From Limnochordia bacterium (GTDB lineage Bacteria; Bacillota; Limnochordia; Darwinibacteriales; DTU012), in NCBI GenBank assembly GCA_007116145.1, contig SKJB01000050.1, positions 1,638 through 65,637 of the forward strand: a stretch of 64,000 bases of DNA, in the 5' to 3' direction. A program made the position numbers and the translations under genes. Below the pieces are notes generated by a model. It saw only the letters and a list, made by a program, of their open reading frames with translations, was not told where the DNA came from and made no database searches. Within the stretch, counting starts at the first letter, position 1. Each line of letters opens with the position of its first letter. This document shows positions 31,410-40,238 of the stretch, piece after piece.

Positions 31410-31679
31410 TTACATGATTGCACTGCCAATTCGATTATCTTCAACGGTGAGCTCAACCGTCTCCGTTAATATATCCGCATAGGTATATGACATACGTTGA
31501 ATAGCACTAGATTTATCCAACTTCACCACAAATACTTTTGGGTACGTGTTCTCTAGTACGCCTTCCGCTTCAACAACCTTCTTGCGTCCCTTATTAGCTT
31601 TTAGTTTTATCTTCTTCCCAATACAAGCTTCCAGATTGAGCTTAATCTGATCTAATGGATTAACCACTTTTACTGCCAT
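31410..31679 (-). CDS. veg: Veg protein (biofilm/sporulation-associated small protein)
   Basis: MAVKVVNPLDQIKLNLEACIGKKIKLKANKGRKKVVEAEGVLENTYPKVFVV is a strong match to Bacillus Veg. Start set at internal ATG; the ORF extends to 31742. Confidence 0.8.
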   Translation of the reverse strand: MAVKVVNPLDQIKLNLEACIGKKIKLKANKGRKKVVEAEGVLENTYPKVFVVKLDKSSAIQRMSYTYADILTETVELTVEDNRIGSAIM

Positions 31680-31935
31680 GCGCTCACCTTCCTTGTACCG
31701 ATTTGTCCACTTCAGTATACTACACTTTCCGTTCGTTGTCAATAAACTATTATTCTACCAAGTAAAGTATACATCTGTCAAGTAGGTCTTTAAATTAATT
31801 TCAGTTAGGCACTCGATCATCAGTACCACATCTTCCACCTTTATTCTATCCATCTAGGCCCCTCCTTATCAGCCGATTGTACGAAAAGAAGAAAAGTAGA
31901 GCATTCTCGTCGCAAAAAGGACGATGACTCTACCT

Positions 31936-32412
31936 CTATTTCGTGTACTTATCCGCTACAGTCATCGCACCATACGAGTAGGGTTTTATTCTTGCGTCGA
32001 ATCCTGACCCCACAACCATGCCCACAACTTCCTTAATCAGATCCTTTGTCGCCCCATTAGTGCCCACATCAAGGTGGATCTCGATATTGAACTCGTGTCC
32101 TGACTCTGCGAGTTTTTCGGCAAGCCTTGATGCGAGCACCAAACTACGGGAAGTCTCATAAAAAATTCGTTGGCGCAAACTACGCGTCATGCGCTCATAC
32201 TCTTTCGCGTAATAGAACCGACCACCCTTACCGCGCCGGTGCACCACGAGGGCCGTGACATAGCAAACTTCATCTCGAACTTCCTTTTGTTGCGAATCAC
32301 TACCAATAATTAGCAAATATTCATCGTCTGGATTGCATTGGGCGTACTTAACAACGTCGTCGTATACTTGTTCTAGTGAAACCGGACCTAGTGTTGGGCT
32401 AATAAAGTCCAA
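31936..32412 (-). CDS. Hypothetical protein, possibly RNase H-like YkuK/DUF458 family
   Basis: 158 aa with IIGSDSQ motif. Occupies the position between rsmA and veg. Family call is weak and from memory. Confidence 0.35.
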   Translation of the reverse strand: MDFISPTLGPVSLEQVYDDVVKYAQCNPDDEYLLIIGSDSQQKEVRDEVCYVTALVVHRRGKGGRFYYAKEYERMTRSLRQRIFYETSRSLVLASRLAEKLAESGHEFNIEIHLDVGTNGATKDLIKEVVGMVVGSGFDARIKPYSYGAMTVADKYTK

Positions 32413-32458
32413 TATACCACCCCTCTCACATTACCTTGTCTACTCCAACGAGGTCGAT

Positions 32459-33334
32459 CTAGCGACCTGCTAGCGCTAACAGACCCTGGGTTAGATCACA
32501 AAATTGCTCTAGGGAGAGCACTTCGCCACGACAAGTAACTGCAATATCTAAATCCATAAGCACCTGATCAAGCTCTCCCCCGCTAATTCCCCAGGCTTGT
32601 ATTAGTGATCGCAAGCTGTTTTTGATTGTTTTACGCCGTTGGCCAAATGCGGCCTTTATGACTTGAAATAGCGCTTTGACGGGTACACTTGTTACTGGTT
32701 CTTTTACAAGTAGCTGGATAACTGTTGAGTCTACATCCGGCGACGGCATGAACACAGTGCGTGGTGCCTTGGCTACGAGTATTGGGTCGCTATAGTACTG
32801 CACAGCAAGACTAAGAACACCATACTCCTTCGTGGCTGGTTTTGCCATCATTCGATCAGCTACTTCTTGTTGCACCATGACGGTGACAGATGCAAAAGGC
32901 ACATTTCCTTCTAACGCTTGCATCACTAACGGCGTGGTTAGGTAATACGGCAAATTCGCTACTAACTTAACGGGCTCGTCCGTCCATCCGCGTTGAACCA
33001 ATTGAGCTCGCCAATCGATCGCCATGGCGTCACCTGCCACGATACGTATATTTTTCTGATCAATGTTCTCTTGTAAAAACAAAACAAGATCGCGATCGAT
33101 TTCAAAACTAATCACCTGCTTACACTGGTGAGCCAACTGTGTAGTTAAGCTGCCGAGTCCTGTTCCGATCTCTATCACGTAGTCCGTTGCGTTTAACTGG
33201 GCACTTGCGACAATCTTCATTAGGATATTGCGGTCGATCAAAAAATTTTGCCCAAACCGGCGTTTAAAGCGAAATTGATACTTTTCCATGATTTCTTTCA
33301 TATAGCTTGGCACTACCAGTCGTTCACTCTCCAC
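32459..33334 (-). CDS. rsmA: 16S rRNA (adenine1518/1519-N6)-dimethyltransferase RsmA/KsgA
   Basis: FGQNFLIDRNIL and IEIGTGLGSLT SAM-binding motifs. Start placed at GTG 33334 after AGGAGG; the ORF continues to a TTG at 33379. Confidence 0.88.
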   Translation of the reverse strand: MESERLVVPSYMKEIMEKYQFRFKRRFGQNFLIDRNILMKIVASAQLNATDYVIEIGTGLGSLTTQLAHQCKQVISFEIDRDLVLFLQENIDQKNIRIVAGDAMAIDWRAQLVQRGWTDEPVKLVANLPYYLTTPLVMQALEGNVPFASVTVMVQQEVADRMMAKPATKEYGVLSLAVQYYSDPILVAKAPRTVFMPSPDVDSTVIQLLVKEPVTSVPVKALFQVIKAAFGQRRKTIKNSLRSLIQAWGISGGELDQVLMDLDIAVTCRGEVLSLEQFCDLTQGLLALAGR

Positions 33335-33348
33335 AACAAACCTCCTCA

Positions 33349-33576
33349 TTATTTCCCGGGAAATATTGGTTTTTCCCAAAACAGCAAATCAAAACTTCCC
33401 TTGGTTAATCGACTAAGTTCGTCGTGTAAGTGATTTTCATCAAGCTCGTCCATATTATCAAGTAATTGCAGTATTTGATCAAAGTCTGCTTCCGATATCC
33501 GTTCTTTATGCACTAAGGATTCACAAACCGAAATAAATTGCAATTTAACTCGCTCTAACTCTTCAAAAAGTGCCAC
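33349..33576 (-). CDS. Small acidic hypothetical protein (75 aa)
   Basis: ATG overlaps the dnaB stop by 1 nt. Helical, acidic composition. No recognised family. Confidence 0.3.
   Translation of the reverse strand: MALFEELERVKLQFISVCESLVHKERISEADFDQILQLLDNMDELDENHLHDELSRLTKGSFDLLFWEKPIFPGK
33351..33364. promoter_or_regulatory. Perfect 14-bp palindrome ATTTCCCGGGAAAT, identical to the Bacillus Noc-binding site (NBS) consensus
   Basis: Exact string atttcccgggaaat at 33351-33364, just upstream of the rsmA start. Confidence 0.5.
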
Positions 33577-34958
33577 TAGCGACTCACCTCATTTTTAAAC
33601 TCATCGATAAACCGGGTATACTCTTTAACAAAGCGCAACTTAACGGTGCCTGTCGCTCCCTTGCGCTGCTTCGCAAAAATAATTTCTACCAGCCCTTGTG
33701 TGCCTGTTGCTTCTGCTTCTTCTGGGTGGTAGTAATCATCACGATATAAAAAGATTACCGCGTCCGCAAACTCTTCGATATTTCCAGAGTCACGCAAGTC
33801 GGACATCATCGGCCGTTTGTTATCTCGGCTTTCCACTGATCGGTTCAACTGCGACAGGAGGATAAGCGGGACATCTAATTCACCAGCTAAATCACGTAAT
33901 TCTCGCACTATCTCCCCGACAATTAATGACCAGCTACGCCCACCGGTGTTCATGGGTGCTTTGATTAATTGTAGATAATCGATGACAATTAGCCCTAAAT
34001 CAGGTTTTTCGGCCTTGATCTTGCGCGCTTTGGCCCGAATCTCTGCACAGGTTAATCCCCGTTTATCAACAATTGTAATTGGTATCTGGTAGAGCTCATT
34101 AAAGACTTTTTGAGCACGTGAAAACTGTTCGTCAGAGAGTCTTGTCTGATATTCCGTGGATGTTATTTCAAAATCACCCTGCTCCTTGTAGCGGAAGAAT
34201 TCATTGAGCACTATTCGATCGCCAATTTGTTCGTCATCCATTTCTAAACTAAAAAGTAAAACAGGAATATTCCGCTTGGCTACATTAACTACCATGTTCA
34301 TGGCGAAGGCTGTTTTGCCCATGGAAGGGCGGGCGGCTAGAATAATTAAGTCTTTACGTTTAAAACCTGTGGTCATACCATCTATCGAAGGAAACCGGAC
34401 AGAGAGCCCATAAGCACTATCTACGCCATGGCGCCGCTCCACCAATTTTATGTAGCATTTATTTAACACTTCCAACAGACTTTTTGCATCCTGCTCCGCT
34501 GCAACCAAGTTTTGTGTGGCAGCAAAAATGATTTCCTGCGCCTTTGCTTGAACACTACTGAGATTATCCTCGGCGTCAGCGATTGCTAACTCTTTGATGC
34601 TCTCTACTGCGTCAAGTAAGCGGCGAGTTCCTTCTTTTTGCCGTAATATTTCTATACATGGTTCTAACTCACTCATGCCGACAAATGATTCTGTTAGCTG
34701 CATTAAGGTCTGTGTGGGGTCATCGATTATGTTCTCTTTCCGTAACTGGTTATACACCTGCGTATAGGAAATCCGACCCGACTTATTATATAAGTCAATA
34801 ATTACTTCGTAAATCTTGCGGTAAGCGCTTTCGTGGAAGTGCTCAGGGCGCAACTTATCGATCACTTGATCAATTCGTTGCGGGTATTTAATTAAAACTC
34901 CAAGCACCCGCTGTTCGGCATTCCGATCGACAGCACTAAACTTCGTCATCGAACTCAT
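33576..34958 (-). CDS. dnaB: Replicative DNA helicase (DnaB family; DnaC in Bacillus nomenclature)
   Basis: AEQRVLGVLIKYPQ N-domain, Walker A ARPSMGKTAFAMN, Walker B LIVIDYLQLI, and SQLNR and arginine-finger regions. Start at ATG 34958 after GGAAGGAG. Confidence 0.95.
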   Translation of the reverse strand: MSSMTKFSAVDRNAEQRVLGVLIKYPQRIDQVIDKLRPEHFHESAYRKIYEVIIDLYNKSGRISYTQVYNQLRKENIIDDPTQTLMQLTESFVGMSELEPCIEILRQKEGTRRLLDAVESIKELAIADAEDNLSSVQAKAQEIIFAATQNLVAAEQDAKSLLEVLNKCYIKLVERRHGVDSAYGLSVRFPSIDGMTTGFKRKDLIILAARPSMGKTAFAMNMVVNVAKRNIPVLLFSLEMDDEQIGDRIVLNEFFRYKEQGDFEITSTEYQTRLSDEQFSRAQKVFNELYQIPITIVDKRGLTCAEIRAKARKIKAEKPDLGLIVIDYLQLIKAPMNTGGRSWSLIVGEIVRELRDLAGELDVPLILLSQLNRSVESRDNKRPMMSDLRDSGNIEEFADAVIFLYRDDYYHPEEAEATGTQGLVEIIFAKQRKGATGTVKLRFVKEYTRFIDEFKNEVSR

Positions 34959-35649
34959 CAGGAAACAACTCCTTCCACTTTTTCGTTGCATCCAAAGACA
35001 CTGCCGACTGACTCTGCGGAGCTAGCACTTTTGTTAAATAAGGTTTTTCTAATAGTTGGGTGTAACTATGAACCCCTTCATTAGACCAGTTACGAAGTAT
35101 TCCCTCCACATAGGCAAAGTGTGGATTATCAATAGCTGCACACATCTCTTCAATAGCCACTGCAATCACTTCATGGGACATCTGTTTTTTCTCCATCCAA
35201 AACATGAGCTTCTTCATCTCTTCGGGTGAGGGCGGGGAGACGCGATTTGACCAGCAAGTGATTAACCACTCAAACCCTTGCTGATTCTTATCCAAAACGT
35301 CCTCACTACTATGACTTGGGGCCGGTGTGTCTGCAGGAATAGAAGGAAGACTAGCAGGTTGGGAGCTCGGGACACTAAGCTTAATCTCATATCCTTCATC
35401 ATTTATCCAACCATGGTCCGCGAGCTTCACTAGAGAGCGATTTACTTCAGACACCTCTAATCCCATCGCCTCAGCCAAAAAGCTTATACTAAGGGCTTGG
35501 TGCTTCTCCACAAATAGTAATAGATTAATCCATAACAATACCGCATGTACCCCAAGCTCTGGTTGAGCTGCAAGTATTTCTATGGGTACCTGTAACGGCA
35601 TATTTTTTATTCCCGTTAACATAAAACCCGCATTTTGATTACTCGTCAT
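34936..35649 (-). CDS. DnaD-domain (DnaB_2/DDBH2) replication initiation / membrane attachment-like protein
   Basis: The C-terminal region resembles the DnaD/DnaB C-terminal domain (YVEGILRNWSNEGVHSYTQL). Immediately upstream of the replicative helicase. Confidence 0.55.
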   Translation of the reverse strand: MTSNQNAGFMLTGIKNMPLQVPIEILAAQPELGVHAVLLWINLLLFVEKHQALSISFLAEAMGLEVSEVNRSLVKLADHGWINDEGYEIKLSVPSSQPASLPSIPADTPAPSHSSEDVLDKNQQGFEWLITCWSNRVSPPSPEEMKKLMFWMEKKQMSHEVIAVAIEEMCAAIDNPHFAYVEGILRNWSNEGVHSYTQLLEKPYLTKVLAPQSQSAVSLDATKKWKELFPDEFDDEV

Positions 35650-37507
35650 CTAGCGCACCCCACTCCTGATAAACGTGTTCTAACTGGTCTCGCACCCGAT
35701 GGTATTCGGCCACTGTAGCTTTGCTCTTTAACTCATCTTGATACAATGCACTATCTGCCAATAGTGCTTCGAATGCCTTTTGCTTTGCTTCTAGTTCGAT
35801 TATTTTTTGTTCGAGCAAAACCTGTCGCTCTAACCGCTTTTTTGCAAGATTTTTTTGTTGATTACCGAAACGTTGATTATGCTTATAATCGCTTTGGGTA
35901 GCTTGCTTGACCTGGGCTGAACTCTCCTGTAAAACCTGACGATATTTAGCATACGTTCCTTCAAACACTCTAATTGTTCCTTTATCTAAAATCCAAAGTT
36001 TCGTCGCTAACGCATTCACAAAATAGCGGTCATGCGAGACAAATAAGACGGTACCTCCAAAGTCTAACAGTGCGGCTTCTAACGCAGAACGAGCGTAGAT
36101 ATCTAGATGATTTGTCGGCTCATCAAGCAACAAAAAATTCGGTGCTGCGAGCAGTAGTTTTGCCATGGCTAAACGATTACGCTCCCCACCGCTAAGTATA
36201 CTCACTGCTTTAAAGACATCATCCCCTCGAAACAGGAAGCGAGCGAGTATTGAGCGCAACTCTCCTAATTCTCCACGATGAGCGGCATACAATTCGTCTA
36301 AAACAGTTCCTTGCTCAGTGAAGGAAATGTTTTGTGAGAAGTAACCGGGATCAACATTCACACCCCACGTAATTTCTCCTTGATAATCCAATGCGTTTGC
36401 TAATATTTTTAATAGTGTAGTTTTACCACACCCATTAGGACCAAGTAGTGCAATGCGTTCGCCACGGGTGATTTCACCATTAACACCGCTTAAAACTGGT
36501 TGATCATAGCCTTTGGTAATATTTTTTAATGTAACCACCTTTATCCCCGTGATCCGCTTCGGCTGCAACCGAATACGCATATGAGGATCTTTGGAAATCT
36601 GTTTCACAGGCTCTAATTTATCCAACCGCTTTTCTAAGCTTTTCGCTTGCTTTGCTCGGGTTCCAGAGCCAAACTTACGAATAAAGCCTGCGATTTTCTC
36701 TCGCTCGGTCTGTTGCTTTTGGCGTAAGTCTTCTGCTTGATCGATTCGTTGTTGTCGTTGTCCTTGATACGCCGAGTAATTGCCCTTGTAGGTGTAGAGT
36801 GTGAAGTCTTGTAACTCCCAAATCCGATTGACTACCCGATCCAAAAAATAGCGATCATGAGAGACCACAAGTACTGCTTTTGGATAGGTAGGCAAGAAAC
36901 TTTCTAACCACTCCAAAGCATTAATATCAAGGTGGTTGGTGGGTTCATCCAATAACAATAGATCCGGATTCTCAAGTAGGAGGCGGGTTAGTTGGGCACG
37001 CATTTGTTGTCCTCCGCTAAACGTGTCTAACGATTTATCCAAGTCGCTTTCCGTAAATCCTAACCCGAAAGCCACTCGTTTAATCTCTACTTGATAGTTA
37101 TATCCCCCTCCCTCTTCCCATTTTTGCTGGGCTAGGGCGTACTGCTTCATCAATCTATCTAAATCTTTAGAATCGTTATCGATCTTTGTCTGTGCTAATT
37201 GTTTTTCAAGTTGGTCCATCTCAGCCTTAAGTGCTAACAAACCAGCAAATGTTTGCCCTAAATAATCGCCTAAGGTCTCTTTCGAGTTGATGAGTAGTTG
37301 CTGTAGATACCCGATTCGATACTTTTGGCCTTTTATGATTTGACCCTTCTCATAAGGCTCTAAGCCCGCTAATATCCGCAGCAGGGTCGTCTTCCCAATA
37401 CCATTTTCACCGACGAAACCAATTCGATCATCAATGGCAATCGAGGCCTGTATATGTTCAAACACTAGTTGATCGGCATAATATTTACATACGTCTTTAA
37501 TTACCAT
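35639..37507 (-). CDS. ABC-F family ATPase (second paralog in window), two ABC domains with inter-domain linker and C-terminal coiled coil
   Basis: Walker A GENGIGKTT and GPNGCGKTT. Signatures FSGGQQMRAQL and LSGGERNRLAM. No TMD. Confidence 0.85.
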   Translation of the reverse strand: MVIKDVCKYYADQLVFEHIQASIAIDDRIGFVGENGIGKTTLLRILAGLEPYEKGQIIKGQKYRIGYLQQLLINSKETLGDYLGQTFAGLLALKAEMDQLEKQLAQTKIDNDSKDLDRLMKQYALAQQKWEEGGGYNYQVEIKRVAFGLGFTESDLDKSLDTFSGGQQMRAQLTRLLLENPDLLLLDEPTNHLDINALEWLESFLPTYPKAVLVVSHDRYFLDRVVNRIWELQDFTLYTYKGNYSAYQGQRQQRIDQAEDLRQKQQTEREKIAGFIRKFGSGTRAKQAKSLEKRLDKLEPVKQISKDPHMRIRLQPKRITGIKVVTLKNITKGYDQPVLSGVNGEITRGERIALLGPNGCGKTTLLKILANALDYQGEITWGVNVDPGYFSQNISFTEQGTVLDELYAAHRGELGELRSILARFLFRGDDVFKAVSILSGGERNRLAMAKLLLAAPNFLLLDEPTNHLDIYARSALEAALLDFGGTVLFVSHDRYFVNALATKLWILDKGTIRVFEGTYAKYRQVLQESSAQVKQATQSDYKHNQRFGNQQKNLAKKRLERQVLLEQKIIELEAKQKAFEALLADSALYQDELKSKATVAEYHRVRDQLEHVYQEWGALDDE

Positions 37508-37631
37508 GGCAAACTCCCCCTACGTACTTATACCACATGCACCCTTATAATTCCTGTCGCATACGATTGAGAAAGAGACCTGGCCAATTGTTTATCGAGG
37601 CGGTTAGTGATCAGGTAGGGTAACTTCGGCG

Positions 37632-38708
37632 CTAAAGAGTGGTTTTTAATTGATTACGGATCTGATTACGAGTAATCGCTAGTTCGATTAACCTCTCTAC
37701 AAGCTGATGAAACGGAATTCCCGAAGCCTCCCATAGCTTCGGGTACATACTAATCTGGGTAAATCCTGGAATTGTATTAATTTCATTGACCAAAATTTTT
37801 CCTTCAGTATCGATAAAGAAGTCGACCCTAGCCATCCCCGCACAATCTACGGCTTGAAACGCTTTCACCGCATACCTCTTGATGCATTCTACTTGGTGAT
37901 CGGCTAAAGACGCAGGAATGACTAGTTGCGAGTTATCATTTAGGTACTTGGCTTCATAATCATAGAATTCATTCCCAGGTTTAATTTCGCCAGGAACAGA
38001 AGCGATGGGATCATCATTACCTAAGACACTACACTCAATTTCGCGCGGGTTCGTCACAGCTTGTTCAATCACAATGCGTCGGTCATAATCACTCGCTATT
38101 GCCATCGCTCGTACTAATTCCTCGCAATTTTTTGCTTTTGAGACACCAACACTAGAGCCTAGGTTTGCTGGCTTCACAAAGCACGGGTACCCTATTGTCT
38201 CCGCGATCTCTGCGATTACCTGCTCACGCTCACGCTGCCACCGATTGCTTGTAATCGTCACCCACGGCGCCAGGGGCAAGCCCTCAGCCGCGAATAACAC
38301 CCGCATCATACCTTTATCCATTGACACCGCTGAACCCACAACACCGGCTCCTACATAGGGGATATTCGCCAACTCTAATAACCCCTGAATCGTACCATCC
38401 TCCCCGTACGTCCCATGAAGAACTGGAAACACCACATCGATACTGCGATCAAGCGTCGGATCCGGATTCAACACAATGCCATGTGTCTCCTCGCCACCAC
38501 CCTCAAGCATAAGATTGGGAAGTTCACCTGCCCGCATCAGCGCGAGACTCTCTGTTGCAAGCACCCACCTTCCCTCCTTAGTAATGCCCAAAGGAACTAC
38601 CTCATAGTTACTCCGATCCAAAGCAGTAATAACAGCTCTCGCAGACAACAGCGAAACCTCATGCTCCCCAGAACGCCCACCAAATATCACACCAACCCGG
38701 ATTTTCAT
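37632..38708 (-). CDS. ddl: D-alanine--D-alanine ligase
   Basis: ATP-grasp motifs, FPVLHGTYGEDGTIQG and EINTIPGFT. Confidence 0.95.
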   Translation of the reverse strand: MKIRVGVIFGGRSGEHEVSLLSARAVITALDRSNYEVVPLGITKEGRWVLATESLALMRAGELPNLMLEGGGEETHGIVLNPDPTLDRSIDVVFPVLHGTYGEDGTIQGLLELANIPYVGAGVVGSAVSMDKGMMRVLFAAEGLPLAPWVTITSNRWQREREQVIAEIAETIGYPCFVKPANLGSSVGVSKAKNCEELVRAMAIASDYDRRIVIEQAVTNPREIECSVLGNDDPIASVPGEIKPGNEFYDYEAKYLNDNSQLVIPASLADHQVECIKRYAVKAFQAVDCAGMARVDFFIDTEGKILVNEINTIPGFTQISMYPKLWEASGIPFHQLVERLIELAITRNQIRNQLKTTL

Positions 38709-38758
38709 CGTTTGCAGCCTCCTTTTTTACCGTTTAGCACGGGATACTGGTCTTCTCC

Positions 38759-39142
38759 CTAGCCCTCACACAATGCGATCGCATCCATTTCTACTGCTAC
38801 ATTTTTCGGCAACCGTGATACCTCCACACAGACGCGGGCTGGAGGGTTAGCTTGGAAGTATTCAGCATATATTTCGTTAACTGTGGCAAAATTATCCATA
38901 TCGGTGAGATAGATAGTTACCTTTACAGCCTGCGCCATTGAGCTCTGACCTGCTTCTAGTACGGCTTTTAAATTCGCTAACACTTGGCGTGTTTGTGTCA
39001 CGATATCCCCTAATTTCAATTCACCATTTTCTGGTTTTATGGGAATTTGCCCTGATACAAAAAGCAAATTACCGACTCTAACTGCTTGTGAATATGCACC
39101 AACAGCTGCTGGTGCTTTTTTTGTAGAAATAACCTCTCGCAT
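38759..39142 (-). CDS. ridA: RidA family reactive enamine/imine deaminase (YjgF/YabJ)
   Basis: MREVISTKKAPAAVGAYSQAV..GQIP..PARVCVEV. Start at ATG 39142 after TTGGAGG. Confidence 0.9.
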   Translation of the reverse strand: MREVISTKKAPAAVGAYSQAVRVGNLLFVSGQIPIKPENGELKLGDIVTQTRQVLANLKAVLEAGQSSMAQAVKVTIYLTDMDNFATVNEIYAEYFQANPPARVCVEVSRLPKNVAVEMDAIALCEG

Positions 39143-39271
39143 GGTGGTTCCTCCAATATGCTTATTTTTGCTTGCTAAAACTTGCCCTATGCAGTTAGCC
39201 CTAGTCATACTATTCGTATTCAGCCGAACTTGACAAGGTGCACAGCAAATCGCTGAGAAATAGAAATCAGG

Positions 39272-39310
39272 TTCTAGAAAAAGACCTTATCCCAGGGGGG
39301 TGAGGTCTTT
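39272..39310 (-). terminator. Intrinsic terminator downstream of aroE
   Basis: On the minus strand, AAAGACCT / AGGTCTTT 8-bp stem followed by TTTTTCT. Confidence 0.55.
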
Positions 39311-39377
39311 GCAGTTCGAACGCAATTTTGCCTTGGTGCTACCTGGTCTCATCTACTTTAGCCTATCCCGCTTCTTC

Positions 39378-40229
39378 TCACTCCGCTTGATCTAGACTAC
39401 ATTTTACAGCATTATACATAACTTCTACAGGGGGACTTTCTCCCCACCAAAATTCCCACGCTTTTGCGGCTTGCCCCACTAACATTCCAACGCCGTTGAT
39501 GTTTGGCAAACCCTTAGCTTCGGCTGCCTGTAATAGCACTGTTCGCTGTGGACTATAAATGATATCGACTACTTTATGATGATCACACAGTAGCTCAATG
39601 GGAAACGGGGTCAAATTCCTCGTTGCCTTCATTCCAACAGAGGTAGTATTGACAATGACATCGCACTCATCGACGACTGTGTGTAGGGAACCAAGACTTT
39701 CTAAAACGCGAATTGTTCCCTTGGCATACCGATTTAGATCAGCAACTAATTTTTGCGCTCGCTTATCGCTCCGATTGGCAATAATAACGTGGCATTGATC
39801 TTTTAGCAACTGATTTACAATCGCCCGCGCGGACCCACCAGCTCCTATGATCAAGAATCGGGTCCCCGTAGGCTTTAGGTCCAAACCTTCTTGCAACGCT
39901 TCTACAAAGCCTGGCCCATCTGTGGTATGCCCAATCATTTTATTCTCTCTAAATAAAATGGTGTTTACTGTTCCTATCTCTCGCGCTTCCATCGTTAAAT
40001 CATCTAAAAAAGGGATAATTGTTTCCTTATAGGGTATTGTTACATTCAACCCGCGAAAACCAAGTGCCTTAGCACCAAGCAGCGCTGCTCCTATATTGCT
40101 CTCCTGCACATGCAGAGGCACATACATCGCTCGCTTACCTACTGCTCGAAATGCACTATTGTGCATTTCTGGTGACAAAGAGTGGTCTATCGGGTTTCCA
40201 ATCACTCCAAGAATCTCCATGTACTCCAT
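39378..40229 (-). CDS. aroE: Shikimate dehydrogenase
   Basis: LGVIGNPIDHSLSP and NVTIPYK motifs. Rossmann GAGGSARA. Confidence 0.9.
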   Translation of the reverse strand: MEYMEILGVIGNPIDHSLSPEMHNSAFRAVGKRAMYVPLHVQESNIGAALLGAKALGFRGLNVTIPYKETIIPFLDDLTMEAREIGTVNTILFRENKMIGHTTDGPGFVEALQEGLDLKPTGTRFLIIGAGGSARAIVNQLLKDQCHVIIANRSDKRAQKLVADLNRYAKGTIRVLESLGSLHTVVDECDVIVNTTSVGMKATRNLTPFPIELLCDHHKVVDIIYSPQRTVLLQAAEAKGLPNINGVGMLVGQAAKAWEFWWGESPPVEVMYNAVKCSLDQAE

Positions 40230-40238
40230 TCCTTTCGG

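Noticed and set aside
31743-31935. Possible terminator hairpin TCGTCCTTTTTGCGACGA downstream of the 31936 gene
   Set aside because: Short imperfect stem with the T-tract inside the loop, so it is not convincing.
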